The notes beneath the pieces are model-generated. The model was not told the origin of the DNA. It saw only the letters and a list, made by a program, of their open reading frames with translations, and did not search any database. From assembly GCA_003056145.1 (NCBI GenBank), contig LSNL01000005.1, positions 20,240 through 84,239 of the forward strand: a stretch of 64,000 nt of DNA, given 5' to 3'. Source of the DNA: Parcubacteria group bacterium M10-OD1-1 (GTDB taxonomy: Bacteria > Patescibacteriota > Minisyncoccia > Moranbacterales > UBA2206). A program made the position numbers and the translations under genes. Below, in pieces: positions 1-10,489 of the stretch (positions are counted from its first letter, which is position 1; the number at the start of each line of letters is the position of its first letter).

Positions 1-1
1 A

Positions 2-412
2 TTGATTATCTATTTTATTCCGACTTTTTTTAAAAAAAGATATTCATTCTTTCGTTTTATTGATTCAATTGGCTTAGCTTCCTTTGTTATTATTGGAGTT
101 TCAGTTGCTAATACATTTTTATTTGGTGGTAACCATTTTTCTTTAAACTCTCTTTTGGTTTCTGTTTTTCTTGGAATGTTGACTGGATTTGGAGGTGGAA
201 TTGTTCGTGATGCAATTATGGGTGATGTTCCATATTTACTCAAACATGGCTCAAATTATGTTTTAACTGCTTTTTGGGGGTCTTTAATTTTTTATTTACT
301 GAGTTTTATTAATGTGAATTTAGCAATGATTGTTTCATTTATAACAACTTTATATTTGCGTGAAGTTGCTTCAAAATTTGGATTATATAATAAAGTTATT
401 AAAAAACAATAA
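2..412 (+). CDS. TRIC/UPF0126 (YadS-like) membrane protein, 5'-truncated by the window edge
   Basis: DSIGLASFVIIG and LTGFGGGIVRD motifs typical of UPF0126/TRIC repeats; hydrophobic helices. Confidence 0.8.
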   Translation: MIIYFIPTFFKKRYSFFRFIDSIGLASFVIIGVSVANTFLFGGNHFSLNSLLVSVFLGMLTGFGGGIVRDAIMGDVPYLLKHGSNYVLTAFWGSLIFYLLSFINVNLAMIVSFITTLYLREVASKFGLYNKVIKKQ

Positions 413-414
413 GA

Positions 415-1746
415 ATGAAAAATAAAAAACTAAAACTTTCAAATGAACTTGTCCAGAAAAATGCGGATGGTTTCAACGAAAGTAATAACCCAGAATCAAA
501 AAAGTTAATTTTTCCTTCAGGATTTTTATGGGGGGCTTCTACTGCAGCTCACCAGGTAGAGGGGAATATGAAAAATAATTGGACCAAGTGGGAAAAAGAA
601 AATGCAGAGAGATTAGTAAAAGAAGCAAAGACAAAATGGCAACCATGGCAACAAAAAAAATTTCCAGAAATGTTTGAACCAAAGAACTATATCTCTGGTC
701 AAGCTTGTGATCAATATCATCGCTATGAAGAAGATTTTGATATTGTTAAAAAACTTAATCATAATGCTCATCGTTTTTCTATTGAGTGGTCAAGAATTGA
801 ACCAGAAGAGGGAAGATTTGATGAAAAAGAAATTAAACATTACAGGAAAGTGATTCAGGCTTTACGTGCGCGTGGAATTGAACCTTTTGTAACACTTTGG
901 CATTGGACTAATCCACAGTGGATTGAGGAGATGGGAGGTCCAACCAATAAAAAATTCATTTTTTATTTTGCTCGATTTGCTGAACTAATGGCGAGAGAAT
1001 TTTTTGGATTAGTTAATTTTTGGCTAACGATAAATGAACCGACTTCAGTTATTTCAGCTTCTTATATTTCTGGAATTTGGCCACCACAAAAAAGGAACCC
1101 CCTCATTGCATTAAAAGTTTATAAAATATTATCGCAGGCTCATAATCAGGCATACGAAACCATTCATTCAGTATCTCAAAATGTGCAAGTTGGCTTTGCT
1201 AATGTTTTAGTTTATTTGAATCCAGTTAATAAGTCATCTATCTTAGATAGACTAACTGTAAAAATTGGAAACTATTTTGCAAACAGAAAATTTCTTAATA
1301 TGACTGATGGGTACAATGATTTTTTAACACTGCAATACTATTTTCATTTTGATGTTGCTTTTTTAGCAACCAATAATAACAAAAATGAAGTTGTTTCAGA
1401 TTTGGGTTGGGAAGTTTATCCTGAGGGAATTTATCATTTACTCAAGAACCTGGGAAAATATAACTTGCCTATTTATATTACAGAAAATGGACTAGCAGAT
1501 GCAGAAGATGAGAAACGAGAAAAATTTATTAAGGATAGCTTACTATGGACACACAGAGCCATTAATGAAGGTATTGATGTTCGTGGATATTTTTACTGGT
1601 CTCTTATTGATAATTTTGAATGGGATAAGGGTTTTTGGCCACGGTTTGGTCTAGTAGAAATTAACTACAAGACACAAGAGCGTAAAATTCGTTCTAGTGC
1701 GCTAGAATATGCCAAAATTTGCCAAGAAAATACGGTTAAAATTTGA
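415..1746 (+). CDS. Glycoside hydrolase family 1 beta-glucosidase
   Basis: FPSGFLWGASTAAHQVEG, RFSIEWSRI, catalytic TINEP and IYITENG, DNFEW motifs. Confidence 0.95.
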   Translation: MKNKKLKLSNELVQKNADGFNESNNPESKKLIFPSGFLWGASTAAHQVEGNMKNNWTKWEKENAERLVKEAKTKWQPWQQKKFPEMFEPKNYISGQACDQYHRYEEDFDIVKKLNHNAHRFSIEWSRIEPEEGRFDEKEIKHYRKVIQALRARGIEPFVTLWHWTNPQWIEEMGGPTNKKFIFYFARFAELMAREFFGLVNFWLTINEPTSVISASYISGIWPPQKRNPLIALKVYKILSQAHNQAYETIHSVSQNVQVGFANVLVYLNPVNKSSILDRLTVKIGNYFANRKFLNMTDGYNDFLTLQYYFHFDVAFLATNNNKNEVVSDLGWEVYPEGIYHLLKNLGKYNLPIYITENGLADAEDEKREKFIKDSLLWTHRAINEGIDVRGYFYWSLIDNFEWDKGFWPRFGLVEINYKTQERKIRSSALEYAKICQENTVKI

Positions 1747-1771
1747 TTTAAGAAAATTTTAAAATAGGTAG

Positions 1772-1799
1772 TTGACGAATTTCGTAGTTGTGATAAACT
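1772..1799 (+). promoter_or_regulatory. rrn P1-like sigma70 promoter
   Basis: TTGACG-16 bp-TAAACT with extended TGn; 16-bp spacer typical of rRNA promoters; upstream of 16S. Confidence 0.7.
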
Positions 1800-1869
1800 A
1801 ATTAAGTTGTTTAAATAAATTAAATATAGCATTACTGTTTTAAAGAGCTTAAGAAGATTTTTTAAACAC

Positions 1870-1897
1870 TTGACAGATAATTTATATTTGCTAAAAT
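1870..1897 (+). promoter_or_regulatory. rrn P2-like sigma70 promoter
   Basis: TTGACA-16 bp-TAAAAT with extended TGn; tandem with P1 about 100 bp upstream. Confidence 0.75.
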
Positions 1898-2278
1898 AGT
1901 TAATACGAGTTGCATTTAAGTCTTAATTTCAAAAAAGGAAACTAAATAAACTCTCAACAATCTTTTAAAATACGGGTGAAACAAAGATACATCTTTGTAT
2001 GTAATTACTATTGCCTACAGAGATGTATTTTTTATAACTCCAAAGAAGTTATGGGAAATATTATTTTCCCCTCATTGCTTTGCAGTTATGGGTTGAACTT
2101 TGACAAATAAATAGTTTCTCTAAATCTCTACCTTTTGATTTAGAGAAATATTAATCACAATTTTTTGCGATTAGTCCTCGTTCGGTTAATTTATTAATCG
2201 GACAAATTGAGTCTATTAAATTAAGAAATTTATTTTTCTTTTCAACAAAGAATAAACGAAGTAAAATTCGTGCATTCA

Positions 2279-3767
<1,489 letters not shown>

Positions 3768-3984
3768 TAGGGAGATTTGATAGTAATTCAGAGTATCTTA
3801 CACTAAAGATGTATTAGGTCAAACTAAGCATTGTAAGATATGATTACTATCTGCTGGTCGACTCTTATTTATTTAAGAGAACAGCAATGCCTAACAGAGC
3901 TATATAATCTGTAGTGTGTTTTGTACAACGCACGATAGACTCATTTAGGACTAATCGCATAAGATTGTGAAAACTTATACAATA

Positions 3985-4010
3985 AGGTACCCATTTCGGG
4001 TACTTTTTTT
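3985..4010 (+). terminator. Intrinsic terminator closing the 16S transcript
   Basis: GGTACCC-ATTTC-GGGTACT stem followed by a T run, about 220 nt after the 16S end. Confidence 0.85.
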
Positions 4011-4132
4011 GTGTTTAAATTAAAAACTTCCCGGAATAGTTTATTTTATGGATTAATAATGAGATAATTTTTTAGTTTATTATTTCTTTCTGTTTTAACT
4101 CTAATAAAACTTAATATTTATTGAAAAATTTA

Positions 4133-4164
4133 AAAAAGGCTTCTCAATTATGATGGGCCTTTTT
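4133..4164 (-). terminator. Probable terminator for the orphan ORF ending at 4192
   Basis: AAAAAGGC...GCCTTTTT inverted repeat with A/T tails, about 30 nt past the stop. Confidence 0.55.
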
Positions 4165-4191
4165 ATTGTTGTGAATTTGTCACGAAGCTTA

Positions 4192-4731
4192 TTATTTAGT
4201 TAAAATATGAAGTATATTTAAGTTATGCTCAAACAGCTTAACTGCGGTTTTTTCTAGAAATACACCTTTTATTTCGCTAAAAGACAAATTTATTGGTTCT
4301 TTAAACCAAATTTTAATTTCTTCGGCTGGGTGAATGTAATCAAGAAAGCTATTTAGGGTTGTATTTTTTTCTTGTGGCTTATTCCTAAACCATGTTGCTT
4401 TGTTAACTTTTTTCACCTTATAAAAAGAAAGACAACTGTCTTTCTTTTTGATATTGTCGATGCGAATATCAAAAGATTTTGGATAAATCTTTTTGCGGGT
4501 TTCTTCAAAAATAGACTTTCTAAAACCATTAATTGGTTCTGATGGAAATGTTTTTTTGCCAATCTTAATAATAGCTACTACTAATGATGTTCGACAGGTC
4601 TCTAAAAAAATTTGTTGTTTATCTGGAGTAGAATTTTGCCAAGGCGTTGCCATTCTTAAATTAGAAAATAATTTTTCTTCAGCTAATTCCATTTCTCTTT
4701 TTCTAATATTATAAGTAGAAATAGGTATCAT
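4192..4731 (-). CDS. Orphan hypothetical protein (179 aa)
   Basis: Open frame; start reassigned to ATG 4731 (MIPISTY) because TAAGGAG SD lies 6 nt upstream; no recognisable domain. Confidence 0.6.
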   Translation of the reverse strand: MIPISTYNIRKREMELAEEKLFSNLRMATPWQNSTPDKQQIFLETCRTSLVVAIIKIGKKTFPSEPINGFRKSIFEETRKKIYPKSFDIRIDNIKKKDSCLSFYKVKKVNKATWFRNKPQEKNTTLNSFLDYIHPAEEIKIWFKEPINLSFSEIKGVFLEKTAVKLFEHNLNILHILTK

Positions 4732-4782
4732 TATTGTCTCCTTATTTTTTGAAGTTTTCAATGAAAAGAACTATTTAAAATG

Positions 4783-4855
4783 ATGATGACATAAAATTGG
4801 ATAAAAGTCAAAAATAAAATTGTATTTGGCAAATATCTTGTTTAGGATTAAAATA
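4783..4855. promoter_or_regulatory. Divergent sigma70-like promoters for the two orphan ORFs
   Basis: Minus strand TTGACT-17-CATCAT; plus strand TTGGCA-17-TAAAAT. Confidence 0.5.
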
Positions 4856-4927
4856 AAAGCATAAAAAGTTCTTTATTTTTCTTAACAGCTTTTAAATATC
4901 CACTTAAACTAAACGGGAGATGAGGCT

Positions 4928-5269
4928 ATGGGAATAACAACTAAAGAATATACCGGTCAAGAGTTATCAGTAGTGGGATTTATTCATATCACTGGACTAC
5001 CAGTGAAAACGATCATAGGTTGTTTTATTATCTCTCAGTCTCTATGCTCAAAGTATAGGGGGACTATTGGGCATAGGAGAAATCAAGAATTAGTAATAAC
5101 GCTAGAAGGCTATGCCTGGTTAAGAACAGAGCAAAGACTGGATAACCATTTTTTAGAACTATTGCTTAATCTGGGAGTAGATCCGTTTAGCAAAAACCCT
5201 TTAGTTCCAGTGATAGATAAAAGTATGTTAGAGAAAAGAAAGGTAAATCCATTGTGGTATCCAAGCTAA
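4928..5269 (+). CDS. Orphan hypothetical protein (113 aa)
   Basis: Open frame with GGGAG SD 8 nt upstream, candidate promoter and 3' double hairpin; no recognisable domain. Confidence 0.6.
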   Translation: MGITTKEYTGQELSVVGFIHITGLPVKTIIGCFIISQSLCSKYRGTIGHRRNQELVITLEGYAWLRTEQRLDNHFLELLLNLGVDPFSKNPLVPVIDKSMLEKRKVNPLWYPS

Positions 5270-5284
5270 ACTTGGATACCACAA
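5252..5284. repeat. Perfect 14-bp inverted repeat with the stop codon in the loop
   Basis: TTGTGGTATCCAAG-CTAAA-CTTGGATACCACAA; TAA stop at 5267-5269. Confidence 0.95.
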
Positions 5285-5321
5285 ATAAAGGACCAGTAGA
5301 AAAATCTACGGTCCTTTATTT
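5283..5321. terminator. Long, likely bidirectional terminator hairpin
   Basis: AAATAAAGGACC(A)GTAGA-AAAA-TCTAC GGTCCTTTATTT between convergent genes. Confidence 0.8.
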
Positions 5322-5349
5322 ATAAAATTTTTTCATTATTTAAGTCAAG

Positions 5350-5607
5350 CTATTTTTTAAAAGTTAAATCATTGAAGGTCTCAATGGAAGGTTTCATTTT
5401 TTTAAGAATTATTGCTAATGGACAATAACCTGTTAAAGTGAAATTAGTAATCATTATTCCAATAAATAAAGCTAGATAAATAAAATTTTGATTAATTGTC
5501 CAAGCTAAAATAAATCCAAGAATAATAAGAATTCCACCGATTAAAATAATTATTCTTTCTAAAAACCATTTTGAGGTATTTAGTCTATAAATATTTTTTT
5601 GTTGCAT
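5350..5607 (-). CDS. DUF2892/YgaP-like small membrane protein
   Basis: LERIIILIGG, two TM helices, TGYCPL motif. Confidence 0.85.
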   Translation of the reverse strand: MQQKNIYRLNTSKWFLERIIILIGGILIILGFILAWTINQNFIYLALFIGIMITNFTLTGYCPLAIILKKMKPSIETFNDLTFKK

Positions 5608-5617
5608 GCTTCTTTAA

Positions 5618-8600
5618 TTAATTAGTTAATAAATGTTTTTCCCAATCTTTTCTCTCAAAAATAAAATAAATAACTGGAAAGACTACTAAAGAGAGAAAAG
5701 AAGAAAGCGATAATCCGCAAATTATTGACCAAGCTAATCCTGCCCAAACCGGATCATTGATAATAGTAAGAGAACCAAGGATAGTTGTCAAAGATGTTAA
5801 AAGAATAGGAAGGAGTCTAGTGGTACCAGTGTCTATTAAGGCTTCTTTTAAAGGGATCCTTTCTTCTTTCATTTCATTTAAATATTCCATTAAAATAATA
5901 GCATTATTAACAACTATTCCTGCCAAAGCGATTACGCCAATCATAGAAGTGGCATTAAAAAACATTCCTTGCGTAACTCCAAGAATAGCAAAGCCAGGAA
6001 GAACTCCAATTAAGGCTAGTGGAATAGTTCCCATGATAAAAAGAGGAATTTTTAATGATTTAAATTGAGCGACTAGGACAAAATAAATCAAGAAAATAGC
6101 CACTCCCATAGCAATTCCTAGATCTCGAAAAACATCTAACGTTAATTTCCATTCGCCTCCAATAGCGATAGAAAAGGTTTCTCCTGTTTTTTGATCTTGA
6201 TAATTAATTTGACGAAGTGACCAAGAAGTTATCTTTCCTTGATGATCAGGAAGTTTATAACTAAATAAAAATTTTAAGGCATCAATAACACTATAAGCTA
6301 CACTCCTATTAGCCATTTCAGCAGTGATATACATTGTTTTTTTTCGGTTATTAGAATAAATGATGGGGACTATAGGTTCTTTGCTTATGTAAGTAACTTC
6401 ACTTAAAGGAATTTTTTTTCCTTGATTATTAGTTAAGAATATTTTATTTAGGTTGGAAAAATTTTTATAATCAGAAGATTTGAATTGCACTAAAATGTAT
6501 TCTTGCTCAAGTTTGGGAGTAGAAGAAATAGCTTCTTTTTCATGATATAACCCTATTTTTTTTCCACTTAAAAGAATTCTTAGGGTAGAAATAATTTGTT
6601 GAGAATTTAATCCAACTGCGGTTGCTTTTTCTTTATTTATCAGAAGAGTTTTTTCAAAAGTATTTTCATTTAAGGATGTTTCAACATCAACAATTTTTTT
6701 AATTTTAAGTGTTTTATTTTCGATATCTCTAGTTATTTGAGAAACTATTTTCTGATTATCACCTTGAATTTTTAGTAGAAAAGTAGAAAGAACTGGTGGT
6801 CCTGGAGGATCTTCAATAAATTTTATTTTAGCATCTGGTTCGTTAGTCAAGAAGGCTAAAATTTTTGGTCTTAGTCGAATAACTATTTTTTCTGAAGTTT
6901 CTTTTCTGTTTTTTTGTTTAGTCAGATTAATTTTTAAAGTTGCTTGATTTTCTCCGATTCTTCCAGTGCTACCTTTAAATAGTCCATTAAAATCGATCAC
7001 TGGTGATTGACCAATATAACTTTGAATACTTTTAATTTCTGAATCTTTAATTAAAAAGTTTTCAATATCTTTACTTACTTGATTAGTTTTTTCTACAGAA
7101 GTATATTGAGGCATATCAAGATAAATATAAAATTGTTGTTTATCAGCTTTAGGTAGCATCCTAAATTTAACTATTTTAAAGACTGGTAAACTAACAGAAA
7201 CTAAGAAAAGAAAAATAATCAAACTAAGAAAATAAATTCTAGCCTTTTTTTGGGACAAAAGAATTTGAAGAAGTTGTCTATATTTTATTTTTATTTTTTC
7301 AATTAATTGCATAAATAAAGAAATATTTTTAGCTTTTTTGATTTCATTTTTTTTAAAAAGATTATCAAGAAAATAAGGATTAATAGAAAAAGCAATAAAA
7401 AGAGAAGCAATTAAAGCAGCTGGGACAAAAAAAGGAATTGGGCGCATATATGGACCCATCATCCCAGTAACAAAATACATTGGATAAAAAGCTAGGATAG
7501 TTGTTAGAGTGGACATAATCAAACCTCCGCCTACTTCATTAACAGCTTCTATAATGGTGGTTTTCCTGTGTTGGGTAGGTTTTTTCTTAATTAAACGATA
7601 AATATTTTCTACTACCACTGTAGCATTATCAACTAATAAACCTAAAGAAAGGATTAAAGCAAAAAGAGTAATCCGATTGATTGTTTGTCCAAAGAGGTTA
7701 CCTACTCCAAAGACAGCAGATAAAGTCAAGGGAATTGAAATAGAAACCACCAAGGCACTTTTCCAACCTAAAAAAAGAAGTAGAACTATAGAAACGATAA
7801 TAATTGATTGAAATAGATTTTTAGTAAGACTCATAACTGCCTTATTAGCCACTTTTCCATCATCTCGAACTATCTGAACATCAACTCCCTGAGGAATAAA
7901 ATTTTGTTGAAGTTTTTTAATTTCTTTTTCAATGTTTTTAGAAACAGTCATTGCGTTAGATCCTTTGAGTTTGGAAATGGCTAAATAAACTGCTGGAGCG
8001 GAGATTTTTTTAGTCTGAAAGCTAACGAATTGAGTAATTTTTCCAGTATCGTACTTTATTTGAGCTATATCAGAAAGATAGATGATTCCGTTAGCATTTT
8101 TTTTAACAATTAAATGAGCTAAATCGTGAGCATTTTGAATATTGCCATTAACTTTGATTTCAAAATTATTTTCTCCAGTCTCGATTCTTCCAATTGGCAG
8201 ACTTAAATTATTTTGACTAATTTTTCGTATAGCTTGCCAAGTAGACATGTGGAAGAAATTTAATTTATCTTCATCTAATAAAACAGAAAGTTGTCGATGC
8301 TGACCACCTTTAATTTCAAATTTAGATGTATTAGGAATATGTTTTAATTTTCTTTCCAGAGAAAATGCTAATTTTCTTAAAGAAGCTTGTGAATAAGAAT
8401 TAGAAGTTAAAGCAATATTAATAACTGGAACTTCTTCAGGATCAATGGCTGTAATTTGTGGGTCATTAGCACCTAGTGGTTTAATATCTATATTGCTAGC
8501 TAATTTTTCTCTGAGAGTGACTTTTGCATTATCCATATTTTCTCCTACGAAATATTGAACAGTAACAATACTCATCCCTCCATCTAGAGATTGAGAAGTC

Positions 8601-8869
8601 ACTTTATCTATTTGAGGAATTTCTTTTAGTTTATTTTCCATTGGACGAGTAATTAACTCGTAAACTTCTTCACTACTAGCACCAGGAAATCGAGTAGTAA
8701 TATTAAAAGCCGGAGCTACAATTTCAGGATTGTATTGTTTAGGCATTGTAATAAAACTAAAAATACCTAAGGAAATAAGGGCTAAAATTGTAACTAAAGA
8801 AAATTGTTTATTTAAAAGAAAAAATTTGGCTAATTTTCCAGCTAGTCCAAGCTTTTTTTGATTGAGCAT
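5618..8869 (-). CDS. RND efflux transporter permease (AcrB/AcrD/AcrF family)
   Basis: 1083 aa; FPGASSEEV, LGLLVDNATVVVENI, GIVVNNAII, RLLPILLTSLTT motifs. Confidence 0.95.
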   Translation of the reverse strand: MLNQKKLGLAGKLAKFFLLNKQFSLVTILALISLGIFSFITMPKQYNPEIVAPAFNITTRFPGASSEEVYELITRPMENKLKEIPQIDKVTSQSLDGGMSIVTVQYFVGENMDNAKVTLREKLASNIDIKPLGANDPQITAIDPEEVPVINIALTSNSYSQASLRKLAFSLERKLKHIPNTSKFEIKGGQHRQLSVLLDEDKLNFFHMSTWQAIRKISQNNLSLPIGRIETGENNFEIKVNGNIQNAHDLAHLIVKKNANGIIYLSDIAQIKYDTGKITQFVSFQTKKISAPAVYLAISKLKGSNAMTVSKNIEKEIKKLQQNFIPQGVDVQIVRDDGKVANKAVMSLTKNLFQSIIIVSIVLLLFLGWKSALVVSISIPLTLSAVFGVGNLFGQTINRITLFALILSLGLLVDNATVVVENIYRLIKKKPTQHRKTTIIEAVNEVGGGLIMSTLTTILAFYPMYFVTGMMGPYMRPIPFFVPAALIASLFIAFSINPYFLDNLFKKNEIKKAKNISLFMQLIEKIKIKYRQLLQILLSQKKARIYFLSLIIFLFLVSVSLPVFKIVKFRMLPKADKQQFYIYLDMPQYTSVEKTNQVSKDIENFLIKDSEIKSIQSYIGQSPVIDFNGLFKGSTGRIGENQATLKINLTKQKNRKETSEKIVIRLRPKILAFLTNEPDAKIKFIEDPPGPPVLSTFLLKIQGDNQKIVSQITRDIENKTLKIKKIVDVETSLNENTFEKTLLINKEKATAVGLNSQQIISTLRILLSGKKIGLYHEKEAISSTPKLEQEYILVQFKSSDYKNFSNLNKIFLTNNQGKKIPLSEVTYISKEPIVPIIYSNNRKKTMYITAEMANRSVAYSVIDALKFLFSYKLPDHQGKITSWSLRQINYQDQKTGETFSIAIGGEWKLTLDVFRDLGIAMGVAIFLIYFVLVAQFKSLKIPLFIMGTIPLALIGVLPGFAILGVTQGMFFNATSMIGVIALAGIVVNNAIILMEYLNEMKEERIPLKEALIDTGTTRLLPILLTSLTTILGSLTIINDPVWAGLAWSIICGLSLSSFLSLVVFPVIYFIFERKDWEKHLLTN

Positions 8870-8872
8870 AAA

Positions 8873-10045
8873 TTATTTTATTAAAATATTGTCGTTATTA
8901 TTAAGATATTGCTGTCCATGAGTAATCACAAAATCACCAGATTGAATCCCAGAAATAATTTCTACTTTATTTCGATCAATTGTTCCGAGAGTAACAATTC
9001 TTTTTTTTGCTAGTCCATTCTTAGCAATAAAAATAATATTGTCATAGTAGTCTTTGCGAATAGCTGAGAGGGGGACAATTAAAGTATTATTCTTTTTATG
9101 AATAACTAGAGAAATATTTACCATTTCTCCAAGATTAAGAGAGTTTTTTTCTTCTAATGATATAGTTACTTTAGATTTATGTATAGTTTGATTGGAAACA
9201 GGGGAGATAGTTTTAATTTTTCCTAAAATAGTTTCATTTAGTTGATTATTTTTTCTAATCTGAGCAACCTGACCAATAGAGATCTTAGCGATTAAATTAC
9301 CGGGAATAAAAACTATTACTTCTTTCTGTTGAGATTTTGTTAAAGCTACGATAGGCATTGAGGGGGAGGTTAGAGATCCAGAATTAAGATATTTTTTAGT
9401 GATAACTCCAGAAAAAGGAGCTAATAACCTAGCATTACTAGCTTGGATTTGACTAACTAAATTTTGCTGTTCAGAAAGACGGAGTTGATTTTTAGAAAGT
9501 TGAATTTGCAGGTCACGCATTCTTTGGGCACTTTTTAAACTTTCTCTAGCAACTTCCCAAGTTTTTTTAGTTTTATCTATATTATTTTTATTGCTATCTT
9601 TTTTAGCAAGTTGATAATTCTTTTTGATGGCTTCTTCTTCAACTTTTGCTTCAGTTACTTTTTGAGAATAGAATTTTTTAGTTTTTTGAAGACTTTTTTT
9701 ATTAGCAGAAACATTTTCTTGTGCCAAAACTGATTGTCCTATTAGTTCATTGCCGTTAATAAGTGCAATTAATTCTCCTTGATGAACAAATTGTCCCTCT
9801 TGAACATAGATTTTTGTAATTCGTCCTGAAATTTTAGGAGCTAATTTAATTCTATTTTCTCCTTGGACAATACCAAAAAAATCTTCTTTTTCTTGAATTG
9901 TTCCTTTTTGAATTTTTTCTATGGAAACTGTTTTAAGTATTTTCGGCGTTCTTTCTTGGGCTTGACTCTTATCTTTTATTAAAAACCAACCGAAGATAAA
10001 AATTAACAACAAAAAAAAGAGGAAAATATATTTTTTTATTTTCAT
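8873..10045 (-). CDS. RND membrane fusion (adaptor) protein
   Basis: N-terminal TM anchor, ISGRITKIYVQEGQFVHQGE lipoyl half, coiled coil, APFSGVIT. Confidence 0.92.
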   Translation of the reverse strand: MKIKKYIFLFFLLLIFIFGWFLIKDKSQAQERTPKILKTVSIEKIQKGTIQEKEDFFGIVQGENRIKLAPKISGRITKIYVQEGQFVHQGELIALINGNELIGQSVLAQENVSANKKSLQKTKKFYSQKVTEAKVEEEAIKKNYQLAKKDSNKNNIDKTKKTWEVARESLKSAQRMRDLQIQLSKNQLRLSEQQNLVSQIQASNARLLAPFSGVITKKYLNSGSLTSPSMPIVALTKSQQKEVIVFIPGNLIAKISIGQVAQIRKNNQLNETILGKIKTISPVSNQTIHKSKVTISLEEKNSLNLGEMVNISLVIHKKNNTLIVPLSAIRKDYYDNIIFIAKNGLAKKRIVTLGTIDRNKVEIISGIQSGDFVITHGQQYLNNNDNILIK

Positions 10046-10062
10046 AAATTTAGAATAAATGA

Positions 10063-10299
10063 TTATTTTTTTAGAATTTCTTTAAAAAGTTTTTGAAGTT
10101 TGTTCTTGTCTTGTTTGTTATATTCATTAGAACATTGAATAAAATTTTCTTCTACAAACCTTTCCATTACATTAGCAACTGCTGAGTGAACAGCTTTCAT
10201 TTGATTGATAATTTTAAAACAATTTGTTTATTAGCGAGCATTTTTTTAATACCTTCTAATTGTCCAATAGCTTATTAATTAATTTTCTTAATTTTTCAT
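10063..10299 (-). pseudogene. CsoR/RcnR/CstR-family repressor, disrupted
   Basis: Manual translation gives AIGQLEGIKKML, a frameshift, then CFKIINQMKAVHSAVANVMERFVEENFIQC...EILKK*; two TAA codons precede AIGQLEG in frame; absent from the ORF track. Confidence 0.8.
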
Positions 10300-10330
10300 A
10301 GATTAGAAATTAAAAAGCTACAGCTAAAAA

Positions 10331-10360
10331 ATAATAACATACACCCGTTGGGGGTGTCAA
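10331..10360 (-). promoter_or_regulatory. Promoter with overlapping CsoR-type operator
   Basis: Minus strand TTGACA-18-TATTAT (TGn extended); ACACCC-N5-GGGTGT palindrome at 10341-10357 resembles C/G-tract CsoR operators. Confidence 0.7.
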
Positions 10361-10489
10361 GTATTAAAGCTAAATTTTACGGAAAGTCTTTTATTTTAAA
10401 TGAAAATAGACTATAATAAAAAAAGTTGATTTAACTGAAAAGTATAAAATGGTAAAAATCATTAGTTTAATAAGGTATAAATAATCAAA

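Noticed and set aside
3770-3960. Long hairpins after 16S as possible tRNA or 5S
   Set aside because: No TTCGA T-loop, cloverleaf or 5S motifs; explained as trailer structure
5252-5321. Hairpins as integron attC sites
   Set aside because: No RYYYAAC/GTTRRRY core sites, no cassette array and no intI in the window
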